From the IMG/VR virus record IMGVR_UViG_3300046786_000293, positions 192,001-256,000 of that record: DNA of 64,000 nt; one strand, 5' to 3'. The notes beneath the pieces are model-generated. The model ran no database searches and had not been told where the DNA came from. It worked only from the letters and a program-made list of their open reading frames with translations. The stretch comes from a virus (lineage: Duplodnaviria; Caudoviricetes). The position numbers and the translations under genes were made by a program. Below, one piece after another: positions 49,144 through 59,097 of the stretch (its first letter is position 1; every line of letters starts with the position of its first letter).

Positions 49144-50527
49144 GAGCGTGTTTTTAACCGGGGCAGAAGATGCTAAACAACGCCTGGGCCATTCTCTTTG
49201 TCTAGCCAAATGGAAACAAGTTAGCTTGCATTTAACAACCGGCCAAACAAACAGTTGTTATCATCCTCCTTTGCATCAAATACCTGCCGACCTATTAAAA
49301 GATAATCCCAGCGCATTACATAATACCCCTTACAAAAAGGAACAACGTAAGATTATGCTCAAACAAGAGCGTCCTATTGAATGTAGTTATTGTTGGACGC
49401 AAGAAGATTTAGGCAACCTAAGTGACAGACATTATCGAAGCGGTGAGCCATGGGCAGCAAAAGATTTTGATACAATCGTAAACAGTACAGGAGATGAAGA
49501 TGCAATACCCAGTTATGTGGAGGTCAATTTTAATCACGCTTGTAACCTTATGTGTAGTTATTGTAGCCCTCAGTTTAGCAGCAGTTGGGCTGACGAAGTT
49601 GCTAGGCACGGAGCATATCCCACTAGTCGTCCTCACAATGACCCCAGTCACTTTACTGGTAATAGAAAACCTATCCCCGCTCGTGAGCACAATCCATACG
49701 TTGATGCGTTTTGGGAGTGGTGGCCCACATTGTATCCTGAGCTAGAACATTTTAGGATGACCGGAGGAGAGCCTCTGATGGACAAAAATACATATCGTGT
49801 ATTTGATTACGTATTAGAAAATCCCAGTCCTAAACTGCACTTAAATGTGACCAGCAATTTTAGTGTAGAGCCCGAATTATTTGAAAAGTATCTAACCTAT
49901 GTAAAACGTTTATGTACCAATGAACCTAAGTACATAGAACATTTTATGCAATATGTAAGTTTAGACAGTACATTCGCTCAAGCAGAATATACTAGACATG
50001 GTTTAAACTTTGAACGACTTTGGGAAAATGTGAACAGATTCTTAAATGAAGTTCCTACTCGTAGCAGTCTAACATTTATTATTACTATGAATAACTTGAA
50101 TGTTACAGGATTTCAAAGTTTAATTAATAGTATATACGGACTAAGACAAATCTATAGTAAAACCTATCAACGTGTATGGTTCGATACTCCTATATTACGT
50201 AAACCAGAATGGCAAAGTTTACAATTGCTACCAGAAAGCTACGTTGACATGTTAGAAACTACATGGGCATTTATGGTCGCCAAAATGGAACAACCAGAAA
50301 ATCCTTACAAAGGTTTTAAAGACTACGAAGCACATAGACTGCAACGTGTTATCGATTGGATGAGAGAAGGTAGCAAATTAGATCCTGAATATGTTAAACT
50401 ACAGAAAGCTAATTTTTATCAATTTTTCAATGAACACGACAGACGTCGCGGGACAAACTTTGTAACTACGTTTCCCGAAATGATAGAATTTTGGAAAGAA
50501 TGTAAGTACTATGCCCAGACAAAATAA
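49127..50527 (+). CDS. radical SAM protein 1 with N-terminal SPASM/Twitch-like Cys motifs
   Basis: HACNLMCSYC, TGGEPL; N-terminal CLAKW...SCYH...ECSYCW. Confidence 0.9.
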   Translation: MTNLNKSVFLTGAEDAKQRLGHSLCLAKWKQVSLHLTTGQTNSCYHPPLHQIPADLLKDNPSALHNTPYKKEQRKIMLKQERPIECSYCWTQEDLGNLSDRHYRSGEPWAAKDFDTIVNSTGDEDAIPSYVEVNFNHACNLMCSYCSPQFSSSWADEVARHGAYPTSRPHNDPSHFTGNRKPIPAREHNPYVDAFWEWWPTLYPELEHFRMTGGEPLMDKNTYRVFDYVLENPSPKLHLNVTSNFSVEPELFEKYLTYVKRLCTNEPKYIEHFMQYVSLDSTFAQAEYTRHGLNFERLWENVNRFLNEVPTRSSLTFIITMNNLNVTGFQSLINSIYGLRQIYSKTYQRVWFDTPILRKPEWQSLQLLPESYVDMLETTWAFMVAKMEQPENPYKGFKDYEAHRLQRVIDWMREGSKLDPEYVKLQKANFYQFFNEHDRRRGTNFVTTFPEMIEFWKECKYYAQTK

Positions 50528-51860
50528 CGAAACAGAGTTAGAATATAAACGTAGAGTAATCGACATCAAAAGTGAATCATTCTGCGGAGCCAAATGGTAT
50601 AATGCTACTATATGGTTAGGATCAGGCATGACTACAAGTTGTCATCATCCGTTACCTCACAAAGTTGAAATAGAGGATGTTGTTCGTAATCCAAAAGCAT
50701 TACATAATACCCAGCGTAAGAAAATGGAGCGCGAGCAAATGCAACGGGGTGAACGCCCAAGCGGCTGTGAATACTGTTGGAAAATCGAAGACATGGGCCG
50801 CGACGCAGTAAGCGATCGAGTATACAAAACAGTTATCTATGATGATAAGGATTTGAATTATGCGTATGCAACACCTGCGAGCACTGACATCGACTTGCAG
50901 ACTCTTGAAATTGCTTTTGATCGTACTTGTCAGTTTGCTTGCAGTTACTGCAATCCTGCGTTTAGTAGTACCTGGGTAAATGACATTAAACGTAGTGGAC
51001 CCTATACCGGGCTCACTAGCGACGGTCGTAACCACTTTACACATATTCATGATAGCAGTCAACTTTATAAATTTGGAGAATCAAATCCGTATGTTGAAGC
51101 ATTTCATAAGTGGTGGGAATCGGATTTACATAAAACATTAAAAGAACTACGCATTACAGGTGGTGAACCTTTAATGAGTGGAGAAACTTGGAAACTATTA
51201 GATTGGTTTAAAGCCAATAAAGGTAAAAGTCAAACTAGACTGGCTATCAATAGCAACTTAGGTAAAGAAATAGATATTGACAGATTGCTTGATAGTATTG
51301 ATGGATTAGAAGTTGACTTGTATACTAGCAACGAAAGTATGACAGGTCAGGCAGAATATATTCGTGATGGGTTGGACTGGCAGGCCTGGATTAACAATAT
51401 TCATAAACTATCACAAAGCAAAAAGCTACGCGGTCTACATGTCATGTGTACGATTAATGCATTGTGTTTAGATTCGTTGCCTGAATTTTTAGATTACATT
51501 GTCGCAGCCAAAGAAACTTATGGCAGAGACTTTCCAAACTTCACGTTAAATATTTTGCGATTCCCTAGTTTTCAAAGTCCTTTGGTGCTGCCTGATGATA
51601 TTAGAACTAAGTATAAAGATAACTTATCGCAGTGGTTAGTTAAACATAAAGGCTATAACTATTTGCATGAGCATGAAATTAATCATGTATCAAGATTAAT
51701 TGATTATTTGGATGTAGTAAAAACTCCACACAGTGACGCATTTGATTTGCCCGCGTTACGTAATGATTTTAAACAATTTTATCAACAATACGATCAGCGT
51801 AGAAATAAAGATTTTAGTAAAACATTTCCTAATCTAGTAGATTGGTACCAAACACTATGA
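50511..51860 (+). CDS. radical SAM protein 2
   Basis: TCQFACSYC, TGGEPL; N-terminal FCGAKW...SCHH...GCEYCW. Confidence 0.9.
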   Translation: MPRQNNETELEYKRRVIDIKSESFCGAKWYNATIWLGSGMTTSCHHPLPHKVEIEDVVRNPKALHNTQRKKMEREQMQRGERPSGCEYCWKIEDMGRDAVSDRVYKTVIYDDKDLNYAYATPASTDIDLQTLEIAFDRTCQFACSYCNPAFSSTWVNDIKRSGPYTGLTSDGRNHFTHIHDSSQLYKFGESNPYVEAFHKWWESDLHKTLKELRITGGEPLMSGETWKLLDWFKANKGKSQTRLAINSNLGKEIDIDRLLDSIDGLEVDLYTSNESMTGQAEYIRDGLDWQAWINNIHKLSQSKKLRGLHVMCTINALCLDSLPEFLDYIVAAKETYGRDFPNFTLNILRFPSFQSPLVLPDDIRTKYKDNLSQWLVKHKGYNYLHEHEINHVSRLIDYLDVVKTPHSDAFDLPALRNDFKQFYQQYDQRRNKDFSKTFPNLVDWYQTL

Positions 51861-53326
51861 GTAAAGATTTTTATAATAAGGGCTATGACTATAATGCTCG
51901 TAAACCCTATTTTATCGACGAAAATAAACTGACAGATCATCAAACGTTTTTATTAACTGAAAGTAAAACATTTTGTATGATGCCGTGGGTTCATATGCAT
52001 GCCTTTCCCGACGGTCGTGCATATCCCTGTTGCCTAAGTGATTATTGGCATCCAGTTGGAAATTTACGTAAGAATACCATGGAAGAAGTATGGAATCAGC
52101 AGCCGTACAAAACCATGCGTATTAACATGCTCAATGAGAAAAAATGTAAAGAATGTACTAAATGTTACGAACAAGAAGAAAATGGTTTTTTCAGTATGCG
52201 TAACGATGCAAACAGAAACTATGGTCATCATATAAAAGAAGTAAATGCTACCCAAGATGATGGCACAAATCCTGAATTTAAAATTAGATATTGGGATGTG
52301 CGTTTTAGCAATCTTTGCAATTTCCGCTGCCGTACCTGCGGTCCTATATTCAGCACTAACTGGTACAACGATCATGTTAAGTTATATAATACACATCCAG
52401 ACGTTCTCGGTCGTCCAATGGAAAGAGTAGAGTATACCACTGGCAACGAAGATAGTATGATAGCTCAGATGGAAGAACATATTCCATATCTTGAACAAGT
52501 ATATTTTGCTGGCGGTGAACCTCTTATAATGAAAGAGCATTATTATCTACTTGAAAAACTAATAGAAGCAGGTAAAACAGATGTTCGTATTCAATATAAT
52601 ACAAATTTCAGTGAGCTAAGATTTAAAGACAAACATGTATTTGATTATTGGAAACACTTTAAAAATATTAGTGTTGGTGCAAGTCTTGATGCCAGCGGAG
52701 CACGAGCAGAACTTATGAGAAAAGGAACAGACTGGAACCAAACCATTGAAAATCGCAAACGTATGATGGTTGAAGTGCCGCACGTTGATTTTTATGTTGC
52801 GGCAACAGTTAGTTCTATGAATGTACTACATGTATTAGATTTTCATAAAGAATGGGTAGAGTTAGGTTTAATTCAAGCTAAGGATTTTAATATTAACCTA
52901 TGTCAAAGTCCGGATTGGTATCGCCCTAATATTTTCCCATTGTGGTTTAAAGAGCAAGTAATTAAACCGAAATACGAAAAACATATAGAGTGGTTGGAAG
53001 CAAATGATAATTTGCGTAGAGCTACCAACGGGTTTAAGTCCTTGTTAAAATTTATTTTTACTGATAATTTGTCTAAGAAAGTAGAGATACATGAATTTGA
53101 ATATGAATCTCACAAGGGCGGTGATTGGCCGTCGTGGGAAGACTTCCAACTTGGAAAAAGAACTAATCTCGAACACATAAATTCTGAAATTGAAGAGTTT
53201 GTTCGTCGATTTGAAAAAACAAAAGAATTTGTAGAATTTGAAGATCAGATAAAAAGTTTAGATAATGCCAGAAACGAAGATTTCTGGAAAACATTTCCTG
53301 AATTTAATTTATTAAAAATAAAATGA
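51857..53326 (+). CDS. radical SAM protein 3 (likely start MSKDF)
   Basis: LCNFRCRTC, AGGEPL; N-terminal FCMMPW...YPCC...ECTKCY. Confidence 0.9.
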   Translation: MSKDFYNKGYDYNARKPYFIDENKLTDHQTFLLTESKTFCMMPWVHMHAFPDGRAYPCCLSDYWHPVGNLRKNTMEEVWNQQPYKTMRINMLNEKKCKECTKCYEQEENGFFSMRNDANRNYGHHIKEVNATQDDGTNPEFKIRYWDVRFSNLCNFRCRTCGPIFSTNWYNDHVKLYNTHPDVLGRPMERVEYTTGNEDSMIAQMEEHIPYLEQVYFAGGEPLIMKEHYYLLEKLIEAGKTDVRIQYNTNFSELRFKDKHVFDYWKHFKNISVGASLDASGARAELMRKGTDWNQTIENRKRMMVEVPHVDFYVAATVSSMNVLHVLDFHKEWVELGLIQAKDFNINLCQSPDWYRPNIFPLWFKEQVIKPKYEKHIEWLEANDNLRRATNGFKSLLKFIFTDNLSKKVEIHEFEYESHKGGDWPSWEDFQLGKRTNLEHINSEIEEFVRRFEKTKEFVEFEDQIKSLDNARNEDFWKTFPEFNLLKIK

Positions 53327-54528
53327 GTTTACCTAATACAATTTGTATGCTGCCTTGGATTAGTATAGAAGCAAGTCCTATGGGAACTGCACGACCTTGT
53401 TGTCTTGCAAGAGAAGATATTTCTGGTATTGATCTAAGACAACATACATTGCAAGATGCATATCAAAGTGAATATATGCAAAAACTGCGTCGGCAGATGC
53501 GAGCTGGTGAAAAACCACCAACTTGTAAACTCTGTTGGGATGAAGAAGCAGCTGGAAGAGATAGTAAACGTATTCACAGTCGTGCAAGATTAAAAGAGCT
53601 CTACTCATTGGTAGATTGGGAAAACGATTTACCGGATCAGTTATGGTTTTTAGATTTAAAACTCGGTAATATTTGTAATCTAAAGTGTCGTATCTGTGGA
53701 TCTTGGTCTAGTAGCAAATGGGCGGCCGAAGAAATGGATTACTTGCCCAAGGATATAGATAAAAAAACACATATTGCATATAAATGGTTAAAGCAAGGTC
53801 GGTGGCCCGAAGAAAGTCCGCAGTTTTGGGAAAACTTAAAAACACTACTTCCACAAATAAAGTATTTTGAATTTACAGGCGGCGAGCCTTGGCTAATTGA
53901 AGAACACTGGGACCTGTTACGACATGCGGTATCAACTGGTGACAGCAGTCATATTGACATTCACTACAATACCAATGCCACTGTAGATGCGTTGGGATTT
54001 GAAAAGTCTTTTTTGTGGACTCATTTTGGGCGTGTTGACATTGCATTCAGTGTTGATAATGTAAGCGATCGTTTTGAATACGAACGCTATGGGGCAGACT
54101 GGGATAAAGCAAACAAAATTATTGATGGTATACATTTTGCTAGAGATACCGATACAACAAATATAACTACGCAACTTTGTTTTACAATCAATATTCAAAA
54201 TGTATATTATCTTGATGAATTGCTTGCTTGGGCAGATACTAAAGGATTTGGCAGCATTTACTTTAATATGCTACACAGTCCAGATCACATGAGTATACGT
54301 TATATGACACCAGCGGCACAAGAGCTAGTGTTGAATAAACTCAAAACTACGTTCTGGCATAATGCTAACTATGCACAAGAAATAGATAACGTAATTAAAT
54401 TTATCGAAAATGGTGAAGGTAGCGACGGTACAGAGTTTTGTCGTAGAATGAAACAAACTGACGCATATCGTAAACAGAACTTTGCGGCCACACACCCAGA
54501 AATAGCGCAAGCAATGGGATATGAATAA
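53323..54528 (+). CDS. radical SAM protein 4
   Basis: ICNLKCRIC, TGGEPW; N-terminal ICMLPW...RPCC...TCKLCW. Confidence 0.9.
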   Translation: MSLPNTICMLPWISIEASPMGTARPCCLAREDISGIDLRQHTLQDAYQSEYMQKLRRQMRAGEKPPTCKLCWDEEAAGRDSKRIHSRARLKELYSLVDWENDLPDQLWFLDLKLGNICNLKCRICGSWSSSKWAAEEMDYLPKDIDKKTHIAYKWLKQGRWPEESPQFWENLKTLLPQIKYFEFTGGEPWLIEEHWDLLRHAVSTGDSSHIDIHYNTNATVDALGFEKSFLWTHFGRVDIAFSVDNVSDRFEYERYGADWDKANKIIDGIHFARDTDTTNITTQLCFTINIQNVYYLDELLAWADTKGFGSIYFNMLHSPDHMSIRYMTPAAQELVLNKLKTTFWHNANYAQEIDNVIKFIENGEGSDGTEFCRRMKQTDAYRKQNFAATHPEIAQAMGYE

Positions 54529-55810
54529 ACCATCTACACTTTGTATGGCACCTTGGACCCATACCTATTTAAGTCCACAGACAGAACGCAGAATGTGCTG
54601 TGCTAGCAGAGAACCTGCACAAAATTTTCAACAGTATATCGACAGTAGCGCCGGCACTGGTCGTTATATTCCTATAACACTAGAAGAACATTGGAACAGT
54701 GGCCACATGCGAAGTGTACGCCGACGCATGATGGCTGGAGACGTTCTACCCGAGTGCGAAGTGTGTAACGATAAATTGTTGAATACCTCCGTTTACCGTA
54801 GTTATTTTAATCAGTTGTTTGGCCATAAGTACAATGAAGCAATGGAGAAAACTGCCGCAGATGGTAGTACTACAATGCTTCCGGTATCATGGGATTACCG
54901 ATTTAGTAATCTTTGTAATTTCAAATGTCGTATGTGTGGAGACATGTTAAGCAGTGCTTGGGAGTCCGAGCAACGCCAACATAACATGATCAATTGGCAT
55001 GATCCAAAGAACAACTGGATGCAGCCTGATGTCAAAAAACAAATTGAAGAATTCCAAGATACGCAGATAGAGGCGGAATTTGCTCAAGCCGTCGAAGAAC
55101 ATCGTGTTGAAGAAGTATATTGGGTGGGCGGCGAGCCGTTGATGTACGAACAACACTGGCGTTATATGAAGCGTATTATAGAATTAGGAGACGGACAAAA
55201 TGTCTATGCTAGATATAATACAAACTTATCAAGGGTTAATTATCGAGGAATTAATCTTTATACTGATATTCTTTCTGGGCTTCGTGACTGGCAAATTTGT
55301 GCAAGTATCGACGGTACAGGAAAGATTGGTGAATACATTAGATCAGGCCTTAACTATGATGCGTGGCTTGCGAACTTCCGTGAAGGATGTAAAGTCTCTC
55401 GTCACCGACGTCAAATGCGAATTGACTTTACGCTCACTTTGCCCGGAATGTTCGAAGTTGTACGAATTGGAGAACTTGCAGAACAAGAAGGAGTCGATGT
55501 TCTTGCCAAAGTAATTTTTAGTTTTAGCTCGGACATAGTTATGTCTCCCTTGGCACTACCCAAAGATATATTACATCCTTGGATAGACGAACTCGTAACC
55601 GCGTCAAGCGGGACCATGAAGGACATACTTATCCAGCTAAAAACTAGACCTACTTTTGCCGAACAATGGCCCAATGATTATCAAAATGGATTACGTAAAG
55701 GTAAACGACGCATATTAGAACTTGAAAAAATACGCAATGACGTGTATACTATGCGTGATATATTGTCTACTAGACCTGACGTATTAGAATGGTGGGATTC
55801 GATTGAATAA
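54521..55810 (+). CDS. radical SAM protein 5
   Basis: LCNFKCRMC, VGGEPL; N-terminal LCMAPW...RMCC...ECEVC. Confidence 0.9.
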   Translation: MNKPSTLCMAPWTHTYLSPQTERRMCCASREPAQNFQQYIDSSAGTGRYIPITLEEHWNSGHMRSVRRRMMAGDVLPECEVCNDKLLNTSVYRSYFNQLFGHKYNEAMEKTAADGSTTMLPVSWDYRFSNLCNFKCRMCGDMLSSAWESEQRQHNMINWHDPKNNWMQPDVKKQIEEFQDTQIEAEFAQAVEEHRVEEVYWVGGEPLMYEQHWRYMKRIIELGDGQNVYARYNTNLSRVNYRGINLYTDILSGLRDWQICASIDGTGKIGEYIRSGLNYDAWLANFREGCKVSRHRRQMRIDFTLTLPGMFEVVRIGELAEQEGVDVLAKVIFSFSSDIVMSPLALPKDILHPWIDELVTASSGTMKDILIQLKTRPTFAEQWPNDYQNGLRKGKRRILELEKIRNDVYTMRDILSTRPDVLEWWDSIE

Positions 55811-56903
55811 AGTAATTGTAACATTAAGAAATCCTTTAGAAAAAACAGAAACATTGGATTACATTATCAATGTCTATGAGCACGAAATGGCTCAACGTTG
55901 GTTCACAGCACTTAAAGAAATTGTTCAACAAAACAAATACTTAGAAAAGAATTTTTGTTTTCTAGGCTTTCCTGATAGTCAAAGAAATTTAGATTTCATT
56001 TGCCAAGAATTGTTTTGGGCTAAAAACGAAATTAACGATTTCTTTCGTGGCGAATATGAAATAGAAGAAAACTATTTTCCCGACACACTTAGAGATCCTG
56101 AGACGTTAATTCCCAACCAGGATCTAATGAACAAACTACACAATCATTTCGAGATTTTGCAAGGTACAGTTTGGGGACTAAGTGAATATTATAAACGGGC
56201 TGATTATACTACAAAGTTTGCGATTAGACAGTTAAATAATTTGTGTCACGAAGCAGAAAGTTTAATGCTGAGTCAACGTAAAAAGGCTACATTGCCTGAA
56301 TGGGTTAGGCCTAGCCAGATTACTACATTTTTAAATGCCACCAGATATGAATTCCCAACAGATTATAAAACAACATTTGCAGAATCTCGATACGATAGAA
56401 AGTTCGGGGAAGTGTATTTACATTGGACGCAAATTGGTAAAACGTTGTATGAAGTATATAGAGACGAGCAAGGTGTCGATATTGACTCCAGTGTATGTGA
56501 TGCTATTACTCATCTACGCTACTATAGCGGGGAGTTTGACATCGAATGGGCGCAGGATGTTTGCTATAATGGCCCGCACCCTTGGTACACCAAAGAAATG
56601 TCCGGCTTTAGAGCATGGCTTGAAAGAAATGGATTCAACCCAGGAGATACTCAATATAACTTCGGCTATCACCCTGTGGGCCAAGTTGACTTGCAAGCAA
56701 GTTTTGGGACTACCCACTATAGTGAAGTATGGCCGATCTTATCAAGGTACTTGGACATCTATTCGATCCAATGTGACGATGGATCAGGGAATGTTTTATA
56801 CTCCGTATACCCCTACACTTGGACTGATAAAGACTACTACGAACAACAAATCGAAAGATTAAAACCTGGTTACGATTACAGTAGTAGACAAGCCAATAAA
56901 TAA
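55803..56903 (+). CDS. hypothetical protein
   Basis: 366-aa ORF translationally coupled to rSAM 5; no motif recognised. Confidence 0.7.
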   Translation: MNKVIVTLRNPLEKTETLDYIINVYEHEMAQRWFTALKEIVQQNKYLEKNFCFLGFPDSQRNLDFICQELFWAKNEINDFFRGEYEIEENYFPDTLRDPETLIPNQDLMNKLHNHFEILQGTVWGLSEYYKRADYTTKFAIRQLNNLCHEAESLMLSQRKKATLPEWVRPSQITTFLNATRYEFPTDYKTTFAESRYDRKFGEVYLHWTQIGKTLYEVYRDEQGVDIDSSVCDAITHLRYYSGEFDIEWAQDVCYNGPHPWYTKEMSGFRAWLERNGFNPGDTQYNFGYHPVGQVDLQASFGTTHYSEVWPILSRYLDIYSIQCDDGSGNVLYSVYPYTWTDKDYYEQQIERLKPGYDYSSRQANK

Positions 56904-56907
56904 TACT

Positions 56908-57009
56908 ATGAAATGGCTTAAAAATTTATACTACAGAATTAAGTTGGAAATCAATTATCGTCGCAAACTTAAAGAATTGCGAAAACGCGATCCGTTTATT
57001 TATAAATGA
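56908..57009 (+). CDS. 33-aa basic peptide (MKWLKNLYYRIKLEINYRRKLKELRKRDPFIYK)
   Basis: Not in the track. Preceded by ATAAATA (56896-56902); its TGA overlaps the next ATG (ATGA coupling). Confidence 0.75.
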   Translation: MKWLKNLYYRIKLEINYRRKLKELRKRDPFIYK

Positions 57010-57650
57010 AACTTTTAACAATAGGTGATAGTTTTACCTACGGGGAAGAACTGCTGGATATTAATAACGCTTGGCCGTATATATTAGGTCAACGTATTGG
57101 TTATGAGGTTACAAATTTAGGAAATCCTGCAAGCAGTAACGATAGAATAGTCAGGGTGTTATTAGAGTATCTAATAGAAAATTGCAATCACACTGATCTT
57201 GTTATTATAGGTTGGAGTTTATTAGGCCGTGCAGAATTTGCAGACGAACTTGGTTATTATGATATATGGCCCGGAGCTGGTAGATATTACGGTGATCACA
57301 GAAATCAAGTAGTAAAATATATTTCCACGTATCATAGCAGAGAAGCATACTTTAGAAAGTATCTTCAACAAATTATTTTAGTACAAGAATTTTTAAAGCA
57401 TCGAAATATAAAATATGTTATGTTAGATGTTTTAGCAAATGATTATTATAGAAAGCAACATCAATTTTCATGGAACAACTACGAAAATCAAATTGACCAA
57501 ACGAATTATATAGATTTCAATAAGAGTGGAATGTGTGAATGGGCAAGCGGCACTCCGACGGGATCGCAAGGACACTTTCTTGAAGAGGGTCATCGCATTG
57601 TAGCAAATCGAATTTATGAACATATTAGGCATCTCGGCTGGGTTTCATGA
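57006..57650 (+). CDS. SGNH/GDSL hydrolase-like protein (possible acyltransferase/esterase)
   Basis: LLTIGDSFTYG (block I), NLGNPASSNDRI, C-terminal GHFLEEGH. Confidence 0.75.
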   Translation: MKLLTIGDSFTYGEELLDINNAWPYILGQRIGYEVTNLGNPASSNDRIVRVLLEYLIENCNHTDLVIIGWSLLGRAEFADELGYYDIWPGAGRYYGDHRNQVVKYISTYHSREAYFRKYLQQIILVQEFLKHRNIKYVMLDVLANDYYRKQHQFSWNNYENQIDQTNYIDFNKSGMCEWASGTPTGSQGHFLEEGHRIVANRIYEHIRHLGWVS

Positions 57651-59097
57651 CGCTGCTGCAACTGTAGTCGACAAACATGGAGATATTCTGTTTGCAGGTC
57701 ACAGCGAACGGTACAGTAAAAAGAAAAACGATTCTGACATTTGTGCAAAACTAATGTGGGACGTAATGGATTGCGGAGATATAGATACTGTAGCATATTA
57801 TGAGAAACCTGTCTTAAAACAATTACGTCAACTTTACTCTGGCCAAGGAATTGAATGGAATAAACTTTCTACCTATTCTATTTTACGAAATCAATGTGCG
57901 CCCTTATTTCTTAATGGTATAAAAATTAAAAGTTATAATCATCATTTAAGTCATGCAGCCGCGGGGTTTCAAACAAGTACATTCGATAGGGCTACAGTAG
58001 TAGTAATTGATGCCATCGGCGAATGGGATACTATTAGTATATGGGGCGCAGAGTATGAAAGCGGCCTAGCACAATATAAAAAGTTATGGAGTCAAAAATA
58101 TCCGCATAGTATTGGTTTGTTTTATAGTGCCATGACAGAACGTGTTGGACTTAAACCTAATGAAGAAGAATATATTATGATGGGCATGGCTGCATATGGT
58201 GCGCCTGTGTTCACCGATTTGTTCAAATCTAAATTTTTATCCAACGAATGGCAAATTAAATTTAAAGAAAATCTTCACGCCGGAATCGAACAAAAATATT
58301 TGTCTTATGTTGGAGATATGGATCTCGCAGCCAGCGCACAAGACCTAACACAAGACTTGGTATTAAATATAATGCGCCGCGCTAAAGATTTTAATTGGAG
58401 CGATAATTTAGTTTATATGGGCGGTGTTGCTCTTAATTGTAGTATTAATAGTAGATTAGGGGAATATTTTGATAATATTTGGATTATGCCTAACCCTGGT
58501 GATGCTGGGTCTAGTCTTGGTGCCGCCGCACTTGCTTATGGCCGTAGGCTTAATTGGCGCAATGCTTATTTGGGTCACTGTATCCCTGGTCATTACCCTG
58601 TTAATGCTGCCTTGGATGCTTTATTGCACGATAGTATTGTTGGTGTGGCTAATGGTAGGGCCGAATTCGGACCAAGAGCCTTAGGTAACCGTAGTTTATT
58701 AGCAGACCCTAGAGGAAATGAAATTAAGGACAAAGTAAATGAAATCAAACGTAGACAGAAATTCAGACCCTTTGCGCCAGTTATTCTGGAGGAGTTGGCT
58801 AGCCAGTATTTTGATTTGCCTAGTGGTTGGGATAACAATAGGTATATGCAGTCGGTCTCTACTTGTAGGCGCCCTGACTTATTTCCTGCTATCGTTCATC
58901 ATGACGGCACTAGTCGTGTCCAAACTGTACCAAAAGATGGATCAGGAATACGCGAGTTACTCGAACGTTGGTATATTTTAACAGACTGTCCCATGCTGTT
59001 AAATACTAGTCTAAACATTAGAGGCGAGCCCATGATTAACGATAGGGCAGACGCTGACAGATTCGAACAACTATATGGAGTGAAAGTATTATCATGA
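57616..59097 (+). CDS. carbamoyltransferase (NodU/CmcH family)
   Basis: ILGISAGFHDAAA, ERYSKKK, HHLSHAA, GGVALN, GRAEFGPRALGNRS, RQKFRPFAP, LLNTSLN. Confidence 0.95.
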   Translation: MNILGISAGFHDAAATVVDKHGDILFAGHSERYSKKKNDSDICAKLMWDVMDCGDIDTVAYYEKPVLKQLRQLYSGQGIEWNKLSTYSILRNQCAPLFLNGIKIKSYNHHLSHAAAGFQTSTFDRATVVVIDAIGEWDTISIWGAEYESGLAQYKKLWSQKYPHSIGLFYSAMTERVGLKPNEEEYIMMGMAAYGAPVFTDLFKSKFLSNEWQIKFKENLHAGIEQKYLSYVGDMDLAASAQDLTQDLVLNIMRRAKDFNWSDNLVYMGGVALNCSINSRLGEYFDNIWIMPNPGDAGSSLGAAALAYGRRLNWRNAYLGHCIPGHYPVNAALDALLHDSIVGVANGRAEFGPRALGNRSLLADPRGNEIKDKVNEIKRRQKFRPFAPVILEELASQYFDLPSGWDNNRYMQSVSTCRRPDLFPAIVHHDGTSRVQTVPKDGSGIRELLERWYILTDCPMLLNTSLNIRGEPMINDRADADRFEQLYGVKVLS

